A stretch of DNA of 25,040 bases from contig JAZDJU010000011.1 in the NCBI GenBank assembly GCA_043803685.1, positions 1 through 25,040 of the forward strand, written 5' to 3'. Each line of letters begins with the position of its first letter. The first letter of the stretch is position 1. Position numbers and translations under genes: made by a program. Under the pieces are notes generated by a model. It made no database searches. It was not told the origin of the DNA and worked only from the letters and a program-made list of their open reading frames with translations. Source of the DNA: Candidatus Omnitrophota bacterium (GTDB lineage: Bacteria; Omnitrophota; Omnitrophia; Omnitrophales; Aquincolibacteriaceae). Positions 17,702 through 25,040 of the stretch are shown piece after piece.

Positions 17702-18601
17702 ATGAAAATAATGCGGCTGTATCTTTTAATAGCGGCACTTGTCGCACTACCGGCTCATTACGGATGGTGTGCTGGCATGAGTGATACCGACGGACAAAAC
17801 CAGAAGCGGATACTCGCGTCATTTTATCCGATGTGTATCATGGCGCTTAATGTCGCAAAGGATGTCCCGGGCGTTACCGTGGCGAATCTGACCCCGCCTC
17901 TTACTGGTTGCCTGCACGACTACGCGTTAACGACCCAAGATATGAAGAAGTTTGTTGATGCAGATATCTTTGTCGCAAATGGCGCGGGGATGGAATCTTT
18001 CCTGGATAAGGTGACGGCACAATACCCCGGATTAAAAATCGCTAAATTATCAGAAGGTATCCCGTTAATAAAAGGCGAAGGGGATGAAGGCGACAATCCC
18101 CACGTATGGGTAAGCATTTCTAACGCGATCACGCAAGTCAAAAATCTTTGCAAATCCTTGCAGACGTTTGACCCTGCGCACGCCGAGATATACCAAAAGA
18201 ATACAGATGACTATGTTTCTCAGTTGGAATCCTTGCGTCAAAAGATGCATGCCGCCGTGGATCCCTACAAAGGAAAGAAAATCGTGACATTCCACGAAGC
18301 ATTCCCCTATTTCGCGGAAGAGTTCGGATTAGAGATCGCTGCCGTTGTGGAAAGAGAACCAGGCAGTGAACCTAGCGCGCAGGAGCTTGCGAAAACAATA
18401 GATTTAGTCCGAGGATCAGGCATCAAAGCTTTATTCGCTGAGCCGCAATACCCTGCGCTCGCCGCAGAAGCCATTGCCAGCGAGACAGGAGCAAAGGTCT
18501 ATATTCTTGACCCCGCGGTAAGCGGCCCTGAGCAGCCTAATGCCTATGTCCGAATCATGGAAACGAACTTGGCAACGCTTGAAGAGGCGCTAAAGCATTA
18601 A
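17702..18601 (+). CDS. znuA: Zn/Mn ABC transporter substrate-binding protein
   Basis: Start moved to ATG 17702 (AGGAG RBS, signal peptide). LHDY, NPHVW, FHEAFPYF, EPS, LDP motifs. Confidence 0.88.
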   Translation: MKIMRLYLLIAALVALPAHYGWCAGMSDTDGQNQKRILASFYPMCIMALNVAKDVPGVTVANLTPPLTGCLHDYALTTQDMKKFVDADIFVANGAGMESFLDKVTAQYPGLKIAKLSEGIPLIKGEGDEGDNPHVWVSISNAITQVKNLCKSLQTFDPAHAEIYQKNTDDYVSQLESLRQKMHAAVDPYKGKKIVTFHEAFPYFAEEFGLEIAAVVEREPGSEPSAQELAKTIDLVRGSGIKALFAEPQYPALAAEAIASETGAKVYILDPAVSGPEQPNAYVRIMETNLATLEEALKH

Positions 18602-18602
18602 T

Positions 18603-19376
18603 ATGGAACGCTCGTGCGGACACTGTTGTCTAAAAATTGAAGGTCTGAATGTAGCGATTGACGGTCATCCGATACTTGAGAATGTCAATCTACATACGGA
18701 TTGCAAAGAGCTCCTATCGATTATCGGGCCAAACGGAGCGGGTAAAACCACTCTATTGAGGGTGCTGTTGGGTGATATTCCCTATCAAGGAAGAATCAAT
18801 TTTCAAGAGAAAGGATTGAAAAAAAAGAATCCACGAATAGGGTACGTCCCACAAAAGCTGAATTTTGACTATAACGCTCCCGTGAGTGTTCAAGATTTAA
18901 TAGCTGCATCCTTAACGTATGCGCCTGTATGGTGCGGGATAGCCGGTGGTATTAGAAAAAGGATAGAAGCTGTTCTTGAAAGATTCTCTGTAGCACATCT
19001 TTTGGATCGTACGATCGGGTCATTGTCAGGAGGCGAATTGCAACGGGTGCTTCTGGCTATGGCGATGATCCCCATTCCTGACCTACTTTTGCTGGATGAA
19101 CCCGTCTCAGCAATTGATGTGAAGGGGCTTTCTTTATTTTATGAGACCGTGATGCGGCTTAAAAAAGAGCATGATATTTCTATTGTTATGGTGACTCATG
19201 ATCTGGCGGGAATTGCCCCCTATGCCGATAGAATGATCCTGCTTAACCGCTCAGTCCTTGCAGAAGGAACGCCGCGCCAGATCCTTTCTGACAAAAAACT
19301 CGTTGAGACGTTTCAACTGGAGCTGCTCAACGTATCCCGCATCTCACTCTCTACTGAGGGGAAAAGCGATGAATGA
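18603..19376 (+). CDS. znuC: Zn/Mn ABC transporter ATP-binding protein
   Basis: GPNGAGKT, GYVPQ, LSGGELQR, LLLDEP, VTHD. Confidence 0.9.
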   Translation: MERSCGHCCLKIEGLNVAIDGHPILENVNLHTDCKELLSIIGPNGAGKTTLLRVLLGDIPYQGRINFQEKGLKKKNPRIGYVPQKLNFDYNAPVSVQDLIAASLTYAPVWCGIAGGIRKRIEAVLERFSVAHLLDRTIGSLSGGELQRVLLAMAMIPIPDLLLLDEPVSAIDVKGLSLFYETVMRLKKEHDISIVMVTHDLAGIAPYADRMILLNRSVLAEGTPRQILSDKKLVETFQLELLNVSRISLSTEGKSDE

Positions 19377-20214
19377 ATTTTACAGCCACATGACGCGGCT
19401 TCATTTCAGTTGGATGCAGTACGATTTCATGAAGAACGCTCTCTTGGCGGTTCTCTTTGTGACCCCGCTCTTTGCGCTCTTAGGCACGATGGTCGTCAAT
19501 AACCGTATGGCTTTTTTCTCTGATGTGCTTGGGCATTCCGCGTTAACCGGCATAGCGCTGGGGGTGATGCTTGGCGTGGGCGATCCTTTTTGGGCGCTGT
19601 TGATCTTTACGATCATACTTGCCGTTGCGGTGAACTACTTTAAAGGAGTGACCCAAGCCTCATCGGATACAACGCTGGGTGTATTTTTTGCTATGGTGGT
19701 TGCGACAGGGGTTGTCATTTTAAGCAGGAATGGCGGTTTTAGTAAATATACGACGTATCTTATAGGCGATATTTTGGCTATCTCCGGCGGGGAGATTAAA
19801 TTGTTGATCGCGGCATTCTTGCTGGTCACAGGATACTGGTATTTATTCGGCAACAGCCTTTTATTGTTGAGCGTTAACCCGACTCTTGCGCGCAGCCGGG
19901 GCGTAAAGGTATTTTGGGTGGAGACGAGTTTTGTGATCGTGTTAGCGATCATCGTCGCAATCTCCATACGCTTGGTCGGGGTTTTAATTATTAATTCCCT
20001 CTTAGTCCTTCCAGCGGCAACTTCTCGTCTGTTGGCTCGCAACACATCAAGGTATACCTTTTACAGCGTTGGGATCAGCATTGTCTGCGGAGTAAGCGGC
20101 CTTATCGCTTCATACTATTGGAATACCGCGTCCGGAGCGACCATTGTGCTGTTGTGCGCTTTTATGTATGTACTCTCAACTTTTATTACTCGCCTTTTAC
20201 CAAAGAAGTCATAA
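19369..20214 (+). CDS. znuB: Zn/Mn ABC transporter permease (ABC-3)
   Basis: Start moved to ATG 19369. MAFFSDVLGHSALTG, YLIGDIL, VGVLIINSLLVLPAA, SGATIV. Confidence 0.9.
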   Translation: MNEFYSHMTRLHFSWMQYDFMKNALLAVLFVTPLFALLGTMVVNNRMAFFSDVLGHSALTGIALGVMLGVGDPFWALLIFTIILAVAVNYFKGVTQASSDTTLGVFFAMVVATGVVILSRNGGFSKYTTYLIGDILAISGGEIKLLIAAFLLVTGYWYLFGNSLLLLSVNPTLARSRGVKVFWVETSFVIVLAIIVAISIRLVGVLIINSLLVLPAATSRLLARNTSRYTFYSVGISIVCGVSGLIASYYWNTASGATIVLLCAFMYVLSTFITRLLPKKS

Positions 20215-20222
20215 CGTAAAGA

Positions 20223-21377
20223 ATGAACATGGATAAGAACCGCATTGAAAAAGATAGCCCCCTCAAAAAAATCATGAGCAAACTTAAAAAATTTCTAAAC
20301 TGGATCTTTCATAATTTATTTCTGAAGCTTTGGCTCGTCTTCGGAGGGATCATCGGTATTTCAACCGCCTCCACATGCCCCTGCTGCGGTCAAGTCGCCT
20401 CATCCTGCCCCGCGGGCCTCTCGATCATTGCCATTTTGGCAGGGATACTGGCTGGATTGGGTGTTTTTTATAAAAAGCTCTTTAAAAGAGGAACTGCCGA
20501 AATGCCTCGCGCTGCAAAGCAATCGAGAAAATGGCCCTTCGGCTGGGCTCTGTTCCTTTTGACAGTGATCGCAATCATAGAGTTCGGAAACTATTTTCCG
20601 ATAAACGCTGCTCCCAAAAACCAGTGGCAGCCCAAACCCCGAATGCCGGGCATGTGCCCGCTTAGAACCAATGCGGCTCCTATCCCCCCTGCACCCACCC
20701 TGCAGAATCTTGAAAAAATTCAACCGATTGCGACGATCCCAAAGAAGAATCTTGAAACGCAATCAGCAAGAAATACGCAAAAGCCTGACGCCAAGAAGGT
20801 AGCCTCCGGAGCTATGCTGGCAGAGAAAAAAAACATTCCAGTTCAAACATCTCCGGAAATAATCCCGAAAGCAAAACCGGCTGAGAGTCCTGCGAAGCTC
20901 GGACGGATGAAGGCCGTCATCAATGAAGATGGCTCCGTGGAAATGCAGAAAGAAGAGCCCGACATGATCCGTTATGAAACAGCAGGATTTTTGGAATTGA
21001 ACGATGATATGTATAACCGGCTCGATTTTTATGAGGGGAAAAAAGTCGAGATCACAGGATACGTCTATCGTCGTAGCGATTTCAAGCCAAACCAGTTCGT
21101 TGTAGCTCGATCTTACATGTGGTGCTGCAGCTTTGACGCCTCTCCCGTCGGCCCGCTGTGTGAATGGGATCGCGCTCCGGAACTCACCAACGACACTTGG
21201 GTCAAAGTGGAAGGCCTTATCACCCGGGAACACTTCATAGATGCTTACTATGAAGAAACCGGTGACATCCCTATCATCAAAGTTGAAAAGATTGAACGGG
21301 TTTCAAAGCCCGAAAATCCGTATGTGTACGCCAGAAATCCGGCGGCTCTTTTCGGCTCAAATCGCCGCTCTAAGTAA
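20223..21377 (+). CDS. Membrane protein with a C-terminal DUF1980/TIGR03943 (YcgQ-like) domain and an N-terminal CPCCG motif
   Basis: YEGKKVEITGYVY...FVVAR..MWCC..DA..VG...WVKVEG...P.NPYVY; three hydrophobic segments and a Pro/Lys-rich linker. Confidence 0.75.
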   Translation: MNMDKNRIEKDSPLKKIMSKLKKFLNWIFHNLFLKLWLVFGGIIGISTASTCPCCGQVASSCPAGLSIIAILAGILAGLGVFYKKLFKRGTAEMPRAAKQSRKWPFGWALFLLTVIAIIEFGNYFPINAAPKNQWQPKPRMPGMCPLRTNAAPIPPAPTLQNLEKIQPIATIPKKNLETQSARNTQKPDAKKVASGAMLAEKKNIPVQTSPEIIPKAKPAESPAKLGRMKAVINEDGSVEMQKEEPDMIRYETAGFLELNDDMYNRLDFYEGKKVEITGYVYRRSDFKPNQFVVARSYMWCCSFDASPVGPLCEWDRAPELTNDTWVKVEGLITREHFIDAYYEETGDIPIIKVEKIERVSKPENPYVYARNPAALFGSNRRSK

Positions 21378-21457
21378 AATTGACAAGGAATTAAAAAAAC
21401 GCTACCGAAAAATAACACCGCCTTTGTGTATGTGTAAATTGTTTGCACCGAGATTGA

Positions 21458-21485
21458 ATGTCATTTTCTGGGCTAAAAGCGACAT
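21458..21485. repeat. dif-like 28-bp site S5
   Basis: ATGTCATTTTC-TGGGCT-AAAAGCGACAT; arms 8/11; overlaps the stop codon of the SIR2-like gene. Confidence 0.55.
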
Positions 21486-22522
21486 CTCCCGCCTGCCCTC
21501 CTAGAAGTGCCTGAAAAATCAATATCTGGAAACGCTTGTTGCAGGTTAGCACGGACATCACTATTAAACCCTACTAGCCCTTTCCGCAGCACCGTCAATG
21601 ACTTCTGGCCCAAGAGACGAATAAACCGGGCGCATGTCAACTCGGAAGGATCAATGAGAAGCCATTTACAGCGCTTATTGATATTAAAAGCTGTCATCAT
21701 TTTCGATCTGGCTTGCGCATCCCCTTCGGGCAGCGAATAGCCAATTATGATGATGCATTCTGCTTCACATAACCGCTCGAAGAATTTGCTCCACTGGGGC
21801 TCAAGCAGCTTGTAAAAATCACCGCAATATTTATAGGCGCTGGGTTCTAAAATAACCGGCTGATCTGAAGAATTCGGATCTTTTGAATATTCATTCCATT
21901 TCCGTTCCAAGTCACCCGAAGACGCGAAGCGCACATAGGTAAGGCGGCCATTTATCATCCACCAGTTGATCCCGCCATGAAGCTTCAAAAAAAGATGCTT
22001 TGGCCATCCGCCGTACCAATTATCTATGGAGATAGCTAGCGACGGATTAGATCTTGACCCCGGACCGGCCCATGATTGCCAATACCAGAATGAAGCATCA
22101 AAAACGCAGTCCCAATTAAAGGAGGCCCATGTAACTTGTTCGAATTTCTCATTGCAAACTTGTATTAACGGATTAAGGTGCGCCGCCTTAGTCGACTTCC
22201 CCTCAAAGACAGCACGCATGATCAGGACATATAGCCGCTTTCGAAACTCGGTAAAAAGATTAAGCTCCGGACATTTCCTGCAGTTTGGTTCGTTCTCCCA
22301 ATCTCTCAATATGGTAAGCATCTCTTCGATAGTGACGGATTGATCCGAGGATTCGAGGGTATGGCCTCGCGGAGCCCAAAAAATCTCGTCTAACTTTTGA
22401 GCAAGGAATGCATCCTGCTTAAGGTACTGACGCGCCCATTTGTCTTTGAAGATCCCCTGCAATGTCGGCACTCCAAAATCAGATGAAGCTCCAGCCCCGA
22501 GAATGACAACTGCTTTACTCAT
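21473..22522 (-). CDS. SIR2-like (SIR2_2) protein, putative NADase defence effector
   Basis: VVILGAGAS..FGVPT, SFNWD, LKLHGGINW, IIIGYSLP..D. Confidence 0.85.
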   Translation of the reverse strand: MSKAVVILGAGASSDFGVPTLQGIFKDKWARQYLKQDAFLAQKLDEIFWAPRGHTLESSDQSVTIEEMLTILRDWENEPNCRKCPELNLFTEFRKRLYVLIMRAVFEGKSTKAAHLNPLIQVCNEKFEQVTWASFNWDCVFDASFWYWQSWAGPGSRSNPSLAISIDNWYGGWPKHLFLKLHGGINWWMINGRLTYVRFASSGDLERKWNEYSKDPNSSDQPVILEPSAYKYCGDFYKLLEPQWSKFFERLCEAECIIIIGYSLPEGDAQARSKMMTAFNINKRCKWLLIDPSELTCARFIRLLGQKSLTVLRKGLVGFNSDVRANLQQAFPDIDFSGTSRRAGGRCRF

Positions 22523-22539
22523 ATTCTCCTCAACGGGTG

Positions 22540-23100
22540 TTAGCTAAACTTCAGCAAGGAACCCAACTTATATTTCAGGATAAGCGAACGAAGAACGGGG
22601 TCTTTGGCGTATTGGCGGAGGATATCCTTCGCGACAGCTCGGATCGCCTCTTCGATGCTGGGAGGCAGGTTTTGAGGCGAATGAGCCCCTGAGACACCTG
22701 TAATGCTCCTGGTATAAATATTCTCGCCTGAGCCATCGAACACTCTTAAAACTAGCGTCAACTGGATCACCTCAGCCTGATCAGCGATATTAAGCGCTTT
22801 AATTCGTATCACAAGTAATCCGCCCGACTTCTCAGGAGCTGCAAAAACATACGGCGATTCCCCTTCTTCCGTAATCACTCCTGCGATCCTGAGCCCGGCA
22901 TTTTCCTCGAGGTTCTCTGCAATACATTTCATCACGGTCGCAAGATGGCTGGGTGGCGCTTGGGCAACGGATTTAATATGTTTGTCGCGAACATCACCCG
23001 AAAAGACCGGAACAGGCAGCCGAGTTGTTCCGCAGCCGTACAGCACAGGACCCACAACGATTAAAAATACCGCTTTAACGGACCGGCGCATGGCAAACAT
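22540..23100 (-). CDS. Putative lipoprotein
   Basis: Start at 23100 or 23091 gives a basic N-terminus, a hydrophobic core and the lipobox LYGC. Confidence 0.6.
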   Translation of the reverse strand: MFAMRRSVKAVFLIVVGPVLYGCGTTRLPVPVFSGDVRDKHIKSVAQAPPSHLATVMKCIAENLEENAGLRIAGVITEEGESPYVFAAPEKSGGLLVIRIKALNIADQAEVIQLTLVLRVFDGSGENIYTRSITGVSGAHSPQNLPPSIEEAIRAVAKDILRQYAKDPVLRSLILKYKLGSLLKFS

Positions 23101-23830
23101 GTTTCGCAGCTTTTTCATAAGATTCCTTACTGCCGATGTCAAACCATGCCCCCTCGAAAACAACCCCGAAGACAGGCTCCTTTTCAGTCAACCATGCAAA
23201 AAAATCTCCGATGCGATCGGGATTCCGCTTTTCAATATCGAGATACTCATAGAGTCTGAGGCGTGCCTCCGGGGACATGTGATAAACACCCACACTCACT
23301 TTCGTGGAAGCCGGAGCGGTAGGTTTTTCGTCAAAGCGGGTGATCTTTCCTGTTTCGTCCATTTCAACCACACCGTATTGGGACGCTAAGGCCTTCTCCT
23401 CCACGTCGTAAAGACCTATGAACGTGTACCGCGAATGCCCCAGACACGGCAGTAAAAAATACCCGATCGGAAAATCAAAATAATTATCCCCGCAGAAAAC
23501 AAGAAAACTTTCCGGAGTTCCCCGGGACGGCCTAAGTGACAACTCCAGGTCCCGTACGGCCCCCAGCCGCTTTTCCGGGTCATTAACTCCGTTATGGATG
23601 ATGCGTATCGGCTTTTGATAGAAGGCTTCTTTCTTCCATCTCTTGAGATTTTGGTAAAAGCGTTTGCTGCTAACGATGACGATCTCATCAATGATCGGAA
23701 AACGATCAAGCTTCCCAACCAGATGATCAAGAAGCGTCTTATCCCCGAGCTTTAAAAGCGCTTTGGGAATATTCCGCGTAAGCGGATAGAGTCTCGTTCC
23801 AAAACCGGCGGCGAGAATGATAGCTTTCAT
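23075..23830 (-). CDS. Sugar-phosphate nucleotidyltransferase family protein
   Basis: MKAIILAAGFGTRLYPLT..IPKALL, GDN, YGVV, FDEKP, WFDIG. Confidence 0.92.
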   Translation of the reverse strand: MKAIILAAGFGTRLYPLTRNIPKALLKLGDKTLLDHLVGKLDRFPIIDEIVIVSSKRFYQNLKRWKKEAFYQKPIRIIHNGVNDPEKRLGAVRDLELSLRPSRGTPESFLVFCGDNYFDFPIGYFLLPCLGHSRYTFIGLYDVEEKALASQYGVVEMDETGKITRFDEKPTAPASTKVSVGVYHMSPEARLRLYEYLDIEKRNPDRIGDFFAWLTEKEPVFGVVFEGAWFDIGSKESYEKAAKHVCHAPVR

Positions 23831-24015
23831 AGAATGTATGGTTCCTCCTGGGGTTCAAATGTGACGGGGAGACACAAACACATGCTTTCCTTGCCCGACT
23901 TTAAAAACACTCTCAGATCCTGAATCCGACGCCCAGCTCTAACACTACGGAGTAACAAGGTAAGCTCGGCCTCAAACGACGCAGCGTCTTCTTCCGGGAA
24001 TTCCTCAGGAGTCAT
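23827..24015 (-). CDS. Small hypothetical protein
   Basis: ATGA overlaps with both neighbours (start 24015, stop 23827) indicate translational coupling. Confidence 0.6.
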   Translation of the reverse strand: MTPEEFPEEDAASFEAELTLLLRSVRAGRRIQDLRVFLKSGKESMCLCLPVTFEPQEEPYIL

Positions 24016-24941
24016 TTGCGCCACCCGTCCTTCGCAGGCGAAATCTCCGCAGCCGCCCGCATTCCGTATTTAATATCAGGCGGCATTTCCCTGAGACGGA
24101 TCGCACAGGCAACGACATGCTTGATCTTAAAGACCTTTTCAACCTCATCTCTTGCTCGGGGAGCAATACGGATCACTTCCCCCGAAAAGGTTTTTCCGCG
24201 GAATGCGTTGAATTTCGCTTTGACCGGATCACCAAGCGAAACTTTCCTGATCATGTTCTCCAGGATCAGCATCTCAAGGAAATACGTGCCAGGATCCGCG
24301 AACTCGAGGACGAACTCACCTTCCTTAAGCGGGCTTCCTATCTGCTCGCTCGGGTCCGTAAGCAGAATCCCGTCAAACGGGGCTTTGAGTTCCAACGCCT
24401 CCACTTGCGTCTTGAGAAACCCGATCTCAGCCTCGGCGGATTCCATCTCTTTCGCCTTGATTGAAACCGTCTGCTCCAACTCTTCAAGTCCATAAACGGT
24501 GCGTTCATGTTCCGTCTGTCCGATCACTCCGTTCTCAAAGAGGATGTTGCTTCGGTCCTTCTCCTGCGTCAGGAACCCGGCCTTCTTCGTAAGCCGGTCC
24601 TTATCCAGCTTTAAGATCTCAAGAGCAAGTTTCTTCCCCTCCAAACGCTGCTTGATATCCAGGTTCTCGAAGCGGGCGATCACTTCCCCTTTCTTCACCC
24701 GGTCACCTTTCTGATGAAGCAGCTCTTTGAGCATTCCGGGACCGGAAAGTCCGATCCTCGCGAACCGCTCCGCCTGCAGGATGGCGTCCCCCTTAATGAC
24801 CGGCTTCGGCCAGAAGAGAGCCCCGAAAAGAACGGCCAGGACTAAAATAAAGATCTTCGTCTTCCCTTTTTTAGGGGGTTCTTTTTTCTCTTCAAAAAGA
24901 GCGGGTTCTTTTTCCTGAGCGTGGATTTCCTTCTGCGTCAT
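24012..24941 (-). CDS. HlyD-family / RND periplasmic adaptor protein
   Basis: N-terminal TM helix, lipoyl-like GDRVKKGEVIA, coiled coil, LKAPFDG, GEVIRIAP, KYGMRA. Confidence 0.88.
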   Translation of the reverse strand: MTQKEIHAQEKEPALFEEKKEPPKKGKTKIFILVLAVLFGALFWPKPVIKGDAILQAERFARIGLSGPGMLKELLHQKGDRVKKGEVIARFENLDIKQRLEGKKLALEILKLDKDRLTKKAGFLTQEKDRSNILFENGVIGQTEHERTVYGLEELEQTVSIKAKEMESAEAEIGFLKTQVEALELKAPFDGILLTDPSEQIGSPLKEGEFVLEFADPGTYFLEMLILENMIRKVSLGDPVKAKFNAFRGKTFSGEVIRIAPRARDEVEKVFKIKHVVACAIRLREMPPDIKYGMRAAAEISPAKDGWRK

Positions 24942-24965
24942 ATTCTTGATCTCTCCTTAGTTGAT

Positions 24966-25040
24966 TTAGATCCATGCCTTGCACCGTTCCGGAACCGACC
25001 TTGCGGTCCAGTACGCAACGGGAATGGAAAGGATCAGGCT
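24966..25040 (-). CDS. 3' end of an upstream gene (partial)
   Basis: Open frame SLILSIPVAYWTARSVPERCKAWI* ending just before the AAGGAG RBS of the HlyD gene. Confidence 0.4.
   Translation of the reverse strand, partial: SLILSIPVAYWTARSVPERCKAWI

Noticed and set aside
17627..19368. Longer starts for znuA (17627) and znuB (19258) given in the ORF track
   Set aside because: They overlap upstream genes extensively; ATG 17702 and ATG 19369 have better RBS and N-termini.
6688..21485. Integron attC or CRISPR interpretation of the repeats
   Set aside because: No RYYYAAC...GTTRRRY long imperfect hairpins and no intI. Repeats are kilobases apart, with no spacers or cas genes.
24016..24918. Plus-strand ORFs opposite the HlyD gene, and similar short antisense ORFs throughout the window
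   Set aside because: They overlap well-supported genes on the other strand and show no recognisable motifs.

Overview
Bacterial accessory island made of stacked functional blocks. From left to right: (i) a DISARM-like operon on the minus strand (two hypothetical/DrmE-like genes, a NERD nuclease-SF1 helicase split by a -1 frameshift at a G5A7 run, and the 5' end of a DrmA-like helicase running off the window); (ii) a 1305-bp IS with a DDE transposase, doubled terminal repeats and a 4-bp TSD, inserted into a remnant of a tyrosine recombinase 3' end; (iii) a DUF4928-like gene plus a Vsr-C5 methyltransferase fusion; (iv) an OLD-family ATPase-TOPRIM nuclease plus a RES-domain protein; (v) a stand-alone Sll1717-like P-loop ATPase; (vi) a divergent Ni/Co and Zn uptake cluster (nikMN-nikR-hemP-beta-barrel / zur-znuACB-DUF1980) with candidate NikR and Zur operators; (vii) a SIR2-like gene at the end of a HlyD/nucleotidyltransferase/lipoprotein operon. 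The main unexplained structure is five related 28-bp palindromic sites (11-6-11, dif-like) at 6688, 9570, 12522, 14272 and 21458, one at each junction between blocks ii-vii. This suggests a tyrosine-recombinase-built cassette array of defence and metal-uptake modules. All family assignments come from motif recognition by eye; no database search was run.
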